Shown here: positions 48,333 to 58,263 of the stretch, piece after piece | How positions within the stretch are numbered: the stretch's first letter is position 1 | Layout of the letters: each line of letters opens with the position of its first letter | DNA from: Phycisphaerales bacterium | GTDB lineage: Bacteria > Planctomycetota > Phycisphaerae > Phycisphaerales > UBA5793 | NCBI GenBank assembly: GCA_044229655.1 | Contig: JBGASM010000015.1 | Location: 35,950-99,949 of the forward strand | Length of the DNA stretch: 64,000 nucleotides | Reading direction: 5' to 3' | Program-made: the position numbers and the translations under genes | Notes under the pieces: model-generated | What the model was told of the DNA's origin: nothing | What the model saw: the letters and a program-made list of their open reading frames with translations, nothing else | The model's database searches: none

Positions 48333-48365
48333 CCGCCGATCGGAGAAAAACCGGTCGGCGGTTTT
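48333..48365 (+). terminator. Rho-independent terminator after tsf
   Basis: 11-bp stem CCGCCGATCGG (48333-48343) / CCGGTCGGCGG (48351-48361) with one G-U pair. The loop is AGAAAAA, followed by TTTT (48362-48365). Confidence 0.8.
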
Positions 48366-48428
48366 CCCTCCTCTCCCCTCCCCGACAGGCTCGGCAATTT
48401 GCTGGGCCTGTCGATTTTTTTGGACAGT

Positions 48429-49259
48429 TCAGACTCGGCGTCCCTCGCCGAAGCAGATGGAATACCAAAGGGCCGCATCGGGCCGGTTCGCCCATTGTCG
48501 AAGGGCCGCGCAGGCATCGTCAACTCGCGCGGGTGCGAGGAGGTTGAGGGCCGCCATGTGGGCCTTGGCCCCGTGCAGTATGCGAGCCATGTTCTCGGCC
48601 AGCACTGGGAACGCGGGATCGCCGGCGCAGGCGCCGAAGAAGATCCAGTCGTTGCGAACCGGCTGGGCACCTGCATTTGCAATGAGTTCAACCAAGCGGC
48701 GGCCTATGAAGGGATCGCACCCTATGCAGGTGTAGGTTTGGAGGTACGCGCTCCATACGTCCATCACTCCAGCAGGCTCGGGCCAAAGACGGAGGACGGC
48801 GTGGTCGTCATCGGCGAGGATGAGGCGACCGCCCGGGCGGAGGGCCTGCACCATCTGGTTCACGACGGCTTGCGGGTCAGGTACGTGCTCAAGCAGAAAG
48901 CGGGTGTGCGCAAGGTCAAAGGAACCCCGCTCTTCGGGCGTCAGCGGCAGATTCAGAGCATCGCCGGCGCGGAACTCGACGTTCTCGGCGTCGCTGGCCT
49001 GGAGGGTAAGTTCCTGGGCGCGCGAACGCTGAGCGGCATCGCGCTCGATCCCGAGGACGTGGGAGCGTGACGCGGAGGCCATGAGGCAGGAGAACTGCCC
49101 CAGGCCCGAGCCGACGTCGAGAATGCGGAGGGGGCCGGTGAGGCTGAGGGCGCGGAGGCAGCGCTGATTGATGACATCGTTGAGCGCGGAGAGACGGGCC
49201 TGCTCATCGGGCTGCGAACCGTGGATGTAGGTCCCCGGCGGAGGCGAAGTGGTGCACAT
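48429..49259 (-). CDS. Class I SAM-dependent methyltransferase
   Basis: 276 aa. Motif I LRILDVGSGLGQF and post-I/II acidic residues. Codon bias fits a minus-strand gene in this half (NNC). Confidence 0.85.
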   Translation of the reverse strand: MCTTSPPPGTYIHGSQPDEQARLSALNDVINQRCLRALSLTGPLRILDVGSGLGQFSCLMASASRSHVLGIERDAAQRSRAQELTLQASDAENVEFRAGDALNLPLTPEERGSFDLAHTRFLLEHVPDPQAVVNQMVQALRPGGRLILADDDHAVLRLWPEPAGVMDVWSAYLQTYTCIGCDPFIGRRLVELIANAGAQPVRNDWIFFGACAGDPAFPVLAENMARILHGAKAHMAALNLLAPARVDDACAALRQWANRPDAALWYSICFGEGRRV

Positions 49260-49265
49260 GGGAGT

Positions 49266-50390
49266 TCAGCCATCGGCGGGCTTGCGCTGGATCAGGACGG
49301 CGGCGATGATGACCAGACCCTTGACGAGGCCCTGGAGTTCGGAGGGGACGCCGAACTGATTGAGCATGTTGCTGATGATGCCGAGGATGAGGACGCCGAG
49401 GAGGGTGCCGACAATGGAGCCTGAGCCGCCGGACATGCGGGTGCCGCCGATGACGACGGCGGCAATGGCGTCGAGTTCGAGCATGGCGCCGGTGGCGCCG
49501 GAGGAGACGGAGTTCTGGCGACTGGCCAGGAGGATGGCGGCGACGGCGGACACGAAGCCGACGAAGGCATAGGTGAGCCACTTCACGCGATCGACGTTGA
49601 TGGCGGAGTAGAGCGCGGCCTTTTCGTTGCAGCCGACGGCGATGACGTAGCGGCCGTAGCGGGTGTGGAAAAGGAGGACGTGGGTGAGGGCGGCAAGCAG
49701 GAAGAATACGAGGATGGGGCTGGGAATGGGGAGCCAGTCGTCGCCGGAGCCTTTGATGCCGACGAGGGGGACCGACCACGAGGCGAGGCTGGAGAAGGAA
49801 GGGGCCCCTTGGACGGAAATCTGACCGCTGTTGGCAAGGGTCAGGATGAGGGAGCGGAAGGCGACCATGGAGCCGAGGGTGACGATGAAGGGCGCGATGC
49901 GGCCCTTGGTGATGAGCAGTCCATTAATGAGTCCCAGCAGCGGGCCAAGGAGCAATCCCCCACCCAGGCCGTATGCGAGGGCGGACATCTCTGAACTCCC
50001 AGAGGCAACCGCCTTGTTGATGATGAGAATCGTGCTGCCGCCGATGAGGGCGACCATGCTGCCCACGGAGAGGTCGATGCCGCCGGCGATGATGACGAGG
50101 GTCATGCCGAGGGCGACGATGCCGACGGTGGCGTTCTGACGGAGGATGTTGCGGAGGTTTTCGGGCTTGAGGAAGGTGTTGGTTTCGTTGACGGATTCGA
50201 AGAGGGGGTGGTCAAACATGCCGGTCCAGGCGCTGTTGAGGGTGTTCTGGACGCGGGGATCGGCGGAGAGCGCGTTGAAGATGAAGAGCGCGAGGAAGGC
50301 GACGAGGGGGCCGAAGCGCGTCAGGAAGGTGCGCAGCTGCGCGACGCGCGATGGGGCAGGAGCATCGGAAGAAGAGAGTGAGACGGGCAT
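49266..50390 (-). CDS. Sugar ABC-transporter permease (RbsC/XylH-like), no partner ATPase or binding protein nearby
   Basis: 374 aa from ATG 50390. Multi-TM protein with TVGIVALGMTLVIIAGGIDLSVGS and GGTRMSGGSGSIVGTLLG, typical of the ribose/xylose-type permease family. Confidence 0.82.
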   Translation of the reverse strand: MPVSLSSSDAPAPSRVAQLRTFLTRFGPLVAFLALFIFNALSADPRVQNTLNSAWTGMFDHPLFESVNETNTFLKPENLRNILRQNATVGIVALGMTLVIIAGGIDLSVGSMVALIGGSTILIINKAVASGSSEMSALAYGLGGGLLLGPLLGLINGLLITKGRIAPFIVTLGSMVAFRSLILTLANSGQISVQGAPSFSSLASWSVPLVGIKGSGDDWLPIPSPILVFFLLAALTHVLLFHTRYGRYVIAVGCNEKAALYSAINVDRVKWLTYAFVGFVSAVAAILLASRQNSVSSGATGAMLELDAIAAVVIGGTRMSGGSGSIVGTLLGVLILGIISNMLNQFGVPSELQGLVKGLVIIAAVLIQRKPADG

Positions 50391-50523
50391 GAAGGCGAAG
50401 CGTAGGCAGAGGCAGCGCGGGGGCGGACAGTGGCGAGGCAGGGGGAATGCGCTGGCGGGACTGGAAGCGCGGCGGTGGGCGTGATTCCTACGATGTCGCT
50501 CCATCAATTCGTGCGAGTCATGT

Positions 50524-52374
50524 GTGATCCTGCGATTTGTCGTCAAGCCCGAGTTTGTGTCCGCCGGCCCGGGCCGGTGCTATCGCATTGCGTTGCGGCA
50601 CCCGGCGGTGCGACGGTTGCTTGAGGGGAAGGATGGGGGGCGGGAGGAGCAGTCGTGGTGGCGTCGGTGGTTCGGCGGGCGGGAGGTGCGTGCAATCCGG
50701 CTGCGTGCGCGGATCTGGCGCGAGGGGCAAGTGATCGGGCGCGACGTCGGAAGTGTGCAGGAGGTGGAGCGGAGCGCGGGCGGAGCGTGCTGCTGCAGCG
50801 AGGAGGCGGTGTATTTTGCGCTGCCGGAGAACGAGGATCCGCGGACGGTAGAACGAGCGACGGTCATTGAGGTCCGGCGAGATGAGTCGGGGCCTGAGGG
50901 GGGGACGCGGGGCGGTGCCGGGCCGGTGTGCATCCTGGGTCCGCAGCGCTGCGGGAGCACCGCGCTCTTGTGGGCGCTGCATCACGCCACGCCGTTCAAG
51001 GCGCCCATCACGCTGACGGACACGCCGGCGACGCTGCTGGAGGGGTATTACCTGAGGGAGATTCTGCAAGGGCCTGCGCTGGAGCGTGCGTTGACGCCCT
51101 TTGGAGGGCTGGCGCCGCGGAGCATCTCGACGCAGCCGGGGGGACTGCGGCTGGGGGGGTACCCCACGGGCATGTTTGCGTCGGGAGGATTGGAGTCGCT
51201 GGTGCTGGAGGATCTGGCGGAGCACTTGGAGCGTGCGTATGCGACGAGCGCGGATGCGCCGGGGCGGTGGGTGGACAAGTCTCCGGGCTGGGAGTCGGTG
51301 ATCTCCGCGCCGCTTTTCTCAGCGCTTTTTCCGCGAGGGCGGGTGATCTTTCTTTCGCGGCGGCCTGCTGCCTGCATCGAGTCGATGTTGCGGCTGGAGG
51401 GCAGGAGCATGCCGGAAGCTCCGGATCAGAAGTCGGTGGAGTTTCTGACGATGACGACGGCGGCGTGGCTGGTGACGCACTGGGTGTGGAGGCGGGTCTG
51501 TGCACCAAATCTGCGGGAAGGCGTGTGGACGCACCTGCACTTTGAGGACCTCCGTCGCGATCCGAAGCGGATCACGGATGACTTGAGTCATTTTCTGGAC
51601 CTGTCCGGGCTTTCGCGCGCGGGGATGCGCCGGGCGCTGGCGGGGGCGCCGGTGAAGTCGACTCCGGAGAACAGAGTGCCATCCTGGTGGCGGACGCTGG
51701 TGCGATGGCTCGCGCGAAACGAGTACGAGAAGGCGGGGAGAGGGCTGGGTGAGGATGCGCAACCGGAGTACGAGGTATCGGATGCGGTGCGCATGACCGC
51801 GCTGCGCGGCGTGCGGCATTTCGGGGTGCAGCAATTGTGCGCGCTGGGGATAGAGCGAGCGCACGCGCTTCGGGCGATGAAGTCGATGCTGCCGCCGATG
51901 CCGGAGGGAGCACCGGCGGATGAGTTCAGCGGCGTCGAAGCGATGGCGGACGAGCCGGATGAGCCGGCGGCGACGAGGCCTGCGCCGCTGCTGGGGTGCA
52001 TGCTGCTGTCGCCGGCGACGGGGTGGGGCGAGGGGATGGAACCAGAAGCCAGAGCGGGCGACGGGCTGCGGACGCCCAGGCATCAGGCATTTCAGATCCA
52101 CGAGGGCGCGATCATTTCGAGACGAGAGGCGGCGGGCGAATTCCTGTTCCTGATCGACGGCAAGCGTTACCAATGGAAGGCGAGGATCCGGTCGATGCGG
52201 CGCGGGCGAGTGATCGCGGACTTCACATCCAACCAATCGACGGGCACGCTGGATGTGGTGGTGCGCAAAGGGAGATTCACGGGCTACGCTGACCTGTCCA
52301 ACCGGCTTGACCTCGTGGAGGGTGAGATTGCAGGGCGGCAGGTGCGGTTTACTCGATTTATCATGTCGTCCTGA
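50524..52374 (+). CDS. Sulfotransferase-domain protein with unassigned N- and C-terminal regions
   Basis: 616-aa ORF with a GTG start that is uncertain. A central P-loop-like PAPS 5'-phosphosulfate motif ILGPQRCGSTALL and a downstream RVIFLSRRPAACIES suggest a sulfotransferase fold. About 130 aa N-terminal and 200 aa C-terminal are unassigned. Confidence 0.55.
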   Translation: MILRFVVKPEFVSAGPGRCYRIALRHPAVRRLLEGKDGGREEQSWWRRWFGGREVRAIRLRARIWREGQVIGRDVGSVQEVERSAGGACCCSEEAVYFALPENEDPRTVERATVIEVRRDESGPEGGTRGGAGPVCILGPQRCGSTALLWALHHATPFKAPITLTDTPATLLEGYYLREILQGPALERALTPFGGLAPRSISTQPGGLRLGGYPTGMFASGGLESLVLEDLAEHLERAYATSADAPGRWVDKSPGWESVISAPLFSALFPRGRVIFLSRRPAACIESMLRLEGRSMPEAPDQKSVEFLTMTTAAWLVTHWVWRRVCAPNLREGVWTHLHFEDLRRDPKRITDDLSHFLDLSGLSRAGMRRALAGAPVKSTPENRVPSWWRTLVRWLARNEYEKAGRGLGEDAQPEYEVSDAVRMTALRGVRHFGVQQLCALGIERAHALRAMKSMLPPMPEGAPADEFSGVEAMADEPDEPAATRPAPLLGCMLLSPATGWGEGMEPEARAGDGLRTPRHQAFQIHEGAIISRREAAGEFLFLIDGKRYQWKARIRSMRRGRVIADFTSNQSTGTLDVVVRKGRFTGYADLSNRLDLVEGEIAGRQVRFTRFIMSS

Positions 52375-52406
52375 ATTGTTCCGTCCCAAGCCAGCACTTT
52401 TCACCC

Positions 52407-53312
52407 ATGACGCCTGCACAGGAGCCAGCCTCGATGACGCCGGAGCGCGGGATCGCCACAACCCGGGCGACATTTGCCGCGCGGTGGCCGATGTCGGACA
52501 TCGGTGAATTCGTGCGCATCTGCACTCGGCACCGGCGGCTCATCTGGGAACTGACCAAGCGCGACGTGCTGGACCGATTTGCGGGCTCGACGCTGGGGGT
52601 GCTGTGGTCGGTCCTGAATCCGCTGGCGCTGATGGGGATCTATGTGGCGGTGTTCACGTATGTGTTTCCGCATAGGGCGCCGGCGGGCGGGGGGACGGGG
52701 CCCGCGTTTGACTACACGGTGTTCATGATCAGCGCGTATTTGCCGTGGATGGTTTTCGCGCAGGTGCTGCACGCATCGGGGCGATACATCACGGGGCGGG
52801 CGAACCTGGTCACGCAGGTGGTGTTTCCGCTGGAGGCGCTGCCGATCAAGAGCGTGCTGGGGGCGCTGGTTCCGCAGCTGGTGGGCACGGTTTTTCTGCT
52901 GGGCTATACGCTGGTGCGATTCCAGACGCTGCCGGTGACATGGCTGCTGTGGCCTGTCCTGCTCGTGTGCGAGATCGGGTTTCTGCTGGGGATCGCGTTT
53001 TTCCTGGCGGCCCTGGGGGTGTACCTGAGGGACACGGCTGAGATTGCGGGGGTGTTGGGGTCGATGCTGTTTTACCTGACGCCGATTTTGTTCACGGCGG
53101 AGACCATTGCCCGATTTCCGGGGGGGCTGAAGTGGTTGCTGACGGCGAATCCGCTGACGTACTACGTCACGCCGTTCCGGGACATCATGTATACGGGCGC
53201 GATCACGCAGCCGGCGGCGTGGGGGCTGCTCCCGGTGATTTCGGCGGCGGTTCTGCTGGGCGGATACGGGGTGTTTAGGCGGCTCAAGCCCTATTTCGGG
53301 AGCGCGTTGTAG
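52407..53312 (+). CDS. ABC-2-type polysaccharide/O-antigen export permease (Wzm/TagG/KpsM-like)
   Basis: 301 aa. N-terminal LIWELTKRDVLDRFAGSTLGVLWSVLNPL and six predicted TM segments. No Wzt-like ATPase follows. Confidence 0.8.
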   Translation: MTPAQEPASMTPERGIATTRATFAARWPMSDIGEFVRICTRHRRLIWELTKRDVLDRFAGSTLGVLWSVLNPLALMGIYVAVFTYVFPHRAPAGGGTGPAFDYTVFMISAYLPWMVFAQVLHASGRYITGRANLVTQVVFPLEALPIKSVLGALVPQLVGTVFLLGYTLVRFQTLPVTWLLWPVLLVCEIGFLLGIAFFLAALGVYLRDTAEIAGVLGSMLFYLTPILFTAETIARFPGGLKWLLTANPLTYYVTPFRDIMYTGAITQPAAWGLLPVISAAVLLGGYGVFRRLKPYFGSAL

Positions 53313-53472
53313 GCGGGCTGAGCCCCGGGCCAACGTGGTCTTTTGGGGGGCCTTTCCTATACTGGCCTGCCGCACAGGGAACACGACCGGAGAGCCGGAG
53401 GCTTCGTGTTCTTGTGGGTTTGGAGGGGGAACGCGAGCACTTGAGCGCGCAGAAGGCACATTGTGGCCAGTC

Positions 53473-53913
53473 ATGTCCAGCGTTTCGACACCCACAACCT
53501 CGAAAGCCCGCGCGGTCGATTACGTGTACTTCGCGGCGGTGGGCGCGTATCTGACGGCGGCGATGCTGGCGCTGCTGGTGACGGGCAGGCTGGACCCGGG
53601 GGTTACGTTCCGGAAAGTCGTAGCGGCCGCATTTCGCAAGCGGACATCGGGGACTCTGGCAGGGATCAAAGCGGAGCGAGGGAGTTGTTACGTTGCGGCG
53701 ATGCCCATCGGGCCGATTTCGGACGCTGAGGGCAGGTCGCGAATCAGACTGTTCGAGGACGGGAAGGAACTCGGGCCGGGGCACGCGAATCACGAAGAGA
53801 TCCGTGGGAGCGGGGGCGGGCGATTCTCGCATTGGCGCACCAACCTTTATTTTTCGGCGTCGGACAACTCTGATCCGCGCACGAACGGCAGAACCTACAC
53901 ATTTTCGGAGTGA
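53473..53913 (+). CDS. Hypothetical membrane-anchored protein
   Basis: 146 aa from ATG 53473. One TM segment (YVYFAAVGAYLTAAMLALLV), then a soluble domain ending GGRFSHWRTNLYFSASDNSDPRTNGRTYTFSE. I recognise no family. Confidence 0.5.
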   Translation: MSSVSTPTTSKARAVDYVYFAAVGAYLTAAMLALLVTGRLDPGVTFRKVVAAAFRKRTSGTLAGIKAERGSCYVAAMPIGPISDAEGRSRIRLFEDGKELGPGHANHEEIRGSGGGRFSHWRTNLYFSASDNSDPRTNGRTYTFSE

Positions 53914-53919
53914 CCGCGG

Positions 53920-54933
53920 GTGACGACCTCGCTGACGAATCACTCGGTGACGAGCGACGCCGCGACGACCGGGCCGGTGGAGCCCAAGGTTCGTGGGTCC
54001 GCAACCGCGGGGGCGCGGGAGGTCCCGGGAGGCCGCCCGGATTATTCGATATTCCGCGACCCGGAGACGGGAGCGGGGCTTGTGTTGCACGGGGAGGAGC
54101 TGGTTGCCCAGAACGGGAAGCGCTGGCCCATCGTGCGGGGCGTGCCGCGTTTCGTGGAGAGCGACCAGTACGTGGGGTCGTTTTCGTTCGAGTGGAACAC
54201 GCACAAGACGACGCAACTTGATTCCAAATCGGGATCGACCTCGTCGGAGGAGATGTTCAAGGTCAAGACGGGGCTGACGCGCGAACAGGTCGAGGGGAAA
54301 CTGGTCCTGGATGCGGGAGTGGGGGCGGGGCGGTTCACCGACGTCGTATCGCGCTGGGGCGCGAACGTGGTGAGCATCGATCTTTCGTACGCGGTGGAAG
54401 CGGCGCACGAGAACTTCAAGCATCTGCCCAACGTGATGGTGGCGCAGGCGGACATCGGGCGCCTGCCTTTTGCGCCGGGGACTTTTGATTACATCTTCTC
54501 GATCGGCGTGCTGCATCACACACCGGACACACGCGCGTATTTCCGGAAACTAGTGCCGCTGCTCAAGCCCGGTGGGGAGATCTGCATCTGGGTGTATCCG
54601 GCGCAAGGCGACTACATCAAGCGGGCAGCGTGGATTCCCCTCACGCGGCGAATCCCCGCCCGCTGGTTTTACGGCTGGTGCAGGGTGTTTGTGCCCTGGG
54701 CGCTTGCGCACCTGGACAACCCGCTGGTGCAGTTCATCGGCAAGGCGTTTCCCTTCAGCAACCAGGGGCTGGGGGTGGAGAATGACGTGCTGGACACCTT
54801 TGACGGGTATTCGCCGTGGTTCCACGGGATTCACAACCCGCCCGAGGTGATCGAGTGGTTCGAAGAAGCGGGCCTGACGGACATCCGCACGCTTCCGTGG
54901 GACACGGCGGTGCGGGGTCGGCGCCCGGCGTAA
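53920..54933 (+). CDS. Class I SAM-dependent methyltransferase with N-terminal Trm112-like segment
   Basis: 337 aa with GTG start. RWPIVRGVPRFVE (Trm112-like strand), then motif I LVLDAGVGAGRF and later FDYIFSIGVLHH. Confidence 0.85.
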   Translation: MTTSLTNHSVTSDAATTGPVEPKVRGSATAGAREVPGGRPDYSIFRDPETGAGLVLHGEELVAQNGKRWPIVRGVPRFVESDQYVGSFSFEWNTHKTTQLDSKSGSTSSEEMFKVKTGLTREQVEGKLVLDAGVGAGRFTDVVSRWGANVVSIDLSYAVEAAHENFKHLPNVMVAQADIGRLPFAPGTFDYIFSIGVLHHTPDTRAYFRKLVPLLKPGGEICIWVYPAQGDYIKRAAWIPLTRRIPARWFYGWCRVFVPWALAHLDNPLVQFIGKAFPFSNQGLGVENDVLDTFDGYSPWFHGIHNPPEVIEWFEEAGLTDIRTLPWDTAVRGRRPA

Positions 54934-54958
54934 GCGAAGCGGGCGGGCAGGGACATCC

Positions 54959-56836
54959 ATGTGCGGAATTGCAGGCTATTTCGATCTGGCGGGAAGCAAG
55001 GGGCATGCTGGGCTGCGCGCACTGGGCGAGGCGATGAACAGCAGCATCGCGCACCGCGGGCCGGATGATGCGGGCGTGTGGGTGGATGGGCGGGGGCGAT
55101 GCATGCTGGCGCAGCGGCGGCTGGCGATTGTCGACCTTTCGGAAGCGGGCCATCAGCCCATGGTGGGGCCTGAAGGCCGCAGCGCGATCACCTACAACGG
55201 CGAGGTGTACAACTTTCCAGATCTGCGGCGAGACCTGGAGGCGCGCGGCGCTGCGTTTCGCAGCCATACCGACACGGAAGTGGTGCTGCACCTGGCGCGA
55301 AACGATCCGGTCGGGTGCCTGCCATCGCTGCGGGGCATGTTTGCTTTCGGGTATTACGACGCGGAGCAGGATTCGCTGTTCCTGGCGCGCGATCCACTGG
55401 GCAAGAAGCCCCTGTACTACGCGCACAGAGCGGACCGCTTCGCATTTGCATCCGAACTGACCGCGCTTGCGGACCTTGAGGATCTGGACCGATCAATTGA
55501 TGCGGACGGTCTGGGCGATTACCTGCTGCTGCAGTATGTTCATGCGCCGGGCACGATTTATCGCGGGGTGCGCAAGTTGCCGCCCGGATGCTGGCTGCGC
55601 ATCGACGGGCGAGGGTCGGTCACGACGGGCAGGTACTTCTCGTGGACTGCGGGGCATGCGGAGGGGCCGCCGCTGCCGGACACCTATGAAGATCGGCTGC
55701 GGCTGCTGGATGATCTGCTGAACAAGGCGGTGGCGCGCCGGCTGCTTTCTGACGTCCCGCTGGGAGCGTTCCTGTCGGGGGGCGTGGACTCCGCGCTGGT
55801 GACCGCGACGATGCGGCGACTGGGGATCACCCCCAAGACGTACTCGGTCGGGTTTGCCGACTCGCCGGACTCAGAGCATGTCGCAGCGCGGGAGATTGCT
55901 GAGCACCTGGGATGTGATCATCATGAGATCATCATCAAGCCGGACGCGATTGAGCTGGCGCCGCTGATTGCGCGGAGCCTGGATGAGCCCAACGGGGATT
56001 CATCGTGCCTGCCGACGTATCTGCTTTCAGAGTTCACGCGGCGGCATGTGACGGTTGCGCTCTCGGGAGATGGCGGCGATGAGATGTTCGGGGGATACGG
56101 GCGGTACTTCGACACGATCCGCGAGAGCATGAGTCCGCCGATGAACTGGTCAGCCTCGTCGGTGTATCTCGGGCCGCGCTGGACGATCTTCCAACCCGGT
56201 CAGATCACAGAGCTGCTGGGACGGATGCCCGAGCGAACGGGGGAACTGCTGAGGCAATGGAAGGCGCAACTCGAGGATGCGCGCACGCCGGTGATGCATC
56301 GGATGCGGACGCTGGATGCCAATACCTATATGCCGGGCGCGGTGCTGGCGAAGGTGGACCGGATGTCGATGCAGTTCGCGCTTGAGGTGCGCTGCCCGCT
56401 GCTGGATGTGGACCTCGCGAACTTTGCGGCAGGCATCGGCGAATCCGACTGCCTGGTTCCGGGCACTTCGACCATCAGCGGCAAGCGGATGCTCAAGGAT
56501 CTGCTGGCGCGCGATGTGCCGCGCGCCTGGGTGGACCGCAGGAAGGTGGGGTTCGGGCTGCCGGCGGCGTTCTGGAACGGGCCAGCGCTGCGGGAATTCG
56601 CCTACGACCTGCTGGCCGCACCGTCCACGCGCCTCACGAGCCATCTCAACGAGGCTCCGCTGCGGCGGTGGCTGGATTCGCAGCAGGATCCGCGTCACTT
56701 CTCGATTTACCGCTTGTGGCCGATGCTGATCCTGGAGTTGTGGCTGCGACATCAGGCAGAAGAGTCGAGATCGCCGCGTGTGACCATTTCAAGAAGGGCG
56801 ACGATTTCGGGGCCGCACGAGATGATGGGCGGCTGA
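54959..56836 (+). CDS. asnB: Asparagine synthase (glutamine-hydrolysing)
   Basis: 625 aa. N-terminal nucleophile MCGIAGYF (Ntn amidotransferase) and PP-loop FLSGGVDSALV. Confidence 0.93.
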   Translation: MCGIAGYFDLAGSKGHAGLRALGEAMNSSIAHRGPDDAGVWVDGRGRCMLAQRRLAIVDLSEAGHQPMVGPEGRSAITYNGEVYNFPDLRRDLEARGAAFRSHTDTEVVLHLARNDPVGCLPSLRGMFAFGYYDAEQDSLFLARDPLGKKPLYYAHRADRFAFASELTALADLEDLDRSIDADGLGDYLLLQYVHAPGTIYRGVRKLPPGCWLRIDGRGSVTTGRYFSWTAGHAEGPPLPDTYEDRLRLLDDLLNKAVARRLLSDVPLGAFLSGGVDSALVTATMRRLGITPKTYSVGFADSPDSEHVAAREIAEHLGCDHHEIIIKPDAIELAPLIARSLDEPNGDSSCLPTYLLSEFTRRHVTVALSGDGGDEMFGGYGRYFDTIRESMSPPMNWSASSVYLGPRWTIFQPGQITELLGRMPERTGELLRQWKAQLEDARTPVMHRMRTLDANTYMPGAVLAKVDRMSMQFALEVRCPLLDVDLANFAAGIGESDCLVPGTSTISGKRMLKDLLARDVPRAWVDRRKVGFGLPAAFWNGPALREFAYDLLAAPSTRLTSHLNEAPLRRWLDSQQDPRHFSIYRLWPMLILELWLRHQAEESRSPRVTISRRATISGPHEMMGG

Positions 56837-57001
56837 ATTCTTGGCAAATTGGCCAAATATTCTGCCAGCCGGGTTCGCGGGCCGGACATCTGTGGGCGGC
56901 GGCACGCAGCAGAGCCTGAGGCGCAGGATGCGCGGGGCGGTGCGAGAGCCGACCACACAAGAGTCCTTACGAATTTGAACCCCTGTTTGAAGGAGACTGC
57001 A

Positions 57002-58141
57002 ATGATGATGCGTTCCCGTTCTATCACTCTGCCCCTTCCCGTGTACGCGGCTGGCCTTGTCCTGATGTCGACGGCCGCCGCGAACGCGGAAACGAGGCGC
57101 GTTCCGCAGCAGTACGCGACGATCCAAGCCGCCATCAATGCGTCGAGCGACGGGGATACCGTGCTGGTCGGGCGGGGCGTGTGGTCGGGCGAGGGCAATC
57201 ATGACATCGACACGCTGGGCAAGGCCATCACGGTGCGCAGCGCGGGCGGTGCGGCGACGTGCGTCATCGACGCATCGGATTCCGTCAACTGGTACCACTC
57301 CGGATTTGTCTTCACGAACAACGAGTCGCCTGAGACAGTCATCGACGGCTTTACCATCATGAACGGGCACTCGTTCAACGGCGGCGGTATCTATGTGGAA
57401 AGCGGCAGCCCCACGATCCAGAACTGCATCCTCACGGCCAACACCTGCGACTGCTGGGGCGCAGCCGTCTACTTCAACTCACAGACCTCGCCCACGCTGC
57501 GCAATTGTCTCATCACCGGCAATACATCGGCGGCAGAAGGCGGCGGCATCTTCACGATCGACAGCGGCGGGCGCGTGGAGAACTGCATCGTCACCGACAA
57601 CATTGCGAACACCGGCGGCGGGCTGTGCGTCTTCGGCGGGGATGTGGAGTTCGTCTCGTGTCAGATCACGGGCAACACGGCGACCTGGTCGGGCGGGGGC
57701 GGGTATTTCTATGAGGGCAACCTGATCAACTGCACCATCGCCGACAACCACGCGGCATTTGACTCTGCGGGCATCTACACGTGGAGCAACGTGACCACCA
57801 TCGCCAACTCGATCATCTGGGGCAATACGGGCGCTGCCCAACTCACCGGCACACCTGTCCTTTCCTACAGCATCGTGCAGGGCGGATTTGCCGGTTCGCA
57901 CATCCGTTCGGTCGATCCGCGATTCGTGGATGCGGCCGCGGGTGACTACCGCCTGAGAGCCCTTTCGCCGGCGATCGACGCGGGCTCCAACCCGGCGGTG
58001 CCTGAGGGTTTCGCGTTGGACGCGGACGGCATGCCGCGCTTTGTCAATGACGCCAAGACCCGCGACACAGGCGTGGGCCCCTTCCCGATCATCGACCTCG
58101 GGGCCTTCGAGTTCCGCAGCACGCTGGCGAACTCGAAGTAA
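57002..58141 (+). CDS. Secreted right-handed parallel beta-helix repeat protein
   Basis: 379 aa from ATG 57002, with GAAGGAG upstream. Signal peptide. Six or more coils of the type IQNCILTANT..GAAVYF / LRNCLITGNTSAAEGGGIFT / VENCIVTDNIANTGGGLCVF / CQITGNTATWSGGGGYF. Confidence 0.85.
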   Translation: MMMRSRSITLPLPVYAAGLVLMSTAAANAETRRVPQQYATIQAAINASSDGDTVLVGRGVWSGEGNHDIDTLGKAITVRSAGGAATCVIDASDSVNWYHSGFVFTNNESPETVIDGFTIMNGHSFNGGGIYVESGSPTIQNCILTANTCDCWGAAVYFNSQTSPTLRNCLITGNTSAAEGGGIFTIDSGGRVENCIVTDNIANTGGGLCVFGGDVEFVSCQITGNTATWSGGGGYFYEGNLINCTIADNHAAFDSAGIYTWSNVTTIANSIIWGNTGAAQLTGTPVLSYSIVQGGFAGSHIRSVDPRFVDAAAGDYRLRALSPAIDAGSNPAVPEGFALDADGMPRFVNDAKTRDTGVGPFPIIDLGAFEFRSTLANSK

Positions 58142-58169
58142 TCTCCGTCAAGTTCACCTGATCACGCGC

Positions 58170-58215
58170 AACCGCGATCATCACAACCAAGTGGTGGTCG
58201 CGGTTTTCGCATTTT
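58170..58215 (+). terminator. Candidate intrinsic terminator after the beta-helix gene
   Basis: 10-bp stem AACCGCGATC (58170-58179) / GGTCGCGGTT (58196-58205) with one G-U pair. The loop is 16 nt, followed by TTCGCATTTT. Confidence 0.5.
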
Positions 58216-58263
58216 AAGTCGCAGGCTCGATTGGGAATCGCGGTCGACCGCCGATTGCGCGCA

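Noticed and set aside
52150-52374. PilZ-like RxxxR ... D/NxSxxG motif in the C-terminus of the sulfotransferase protein (RSMRR ... NQSTG)
   Set aside because: The spacing between the two elements is only about 6-10 residues instead of about 20-30, and the second motif is one residue short. This is probably coincidence.
51319-54519. Series of long minus-strand ORFs (51319..52473, 52401..53495, 53284..54519)
   Set aside because: All are Arg/Pro/His/Gln-rich and antisense to the plus-strand genes carrying real motifs (sulfotransferase core, ABC-2 permease, methyltransferase).
54959-56836. AsnB homologue as a lasso-peptide cyclase (RiPP cluster)
   Set aside because: It retains the N-terminal MCGI glutamine-amidotransferase nucleophile and full AsnB length. 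I saw no transglutaminase-like protease, no PqqD-like RRE and no short precursor ORF nearby.
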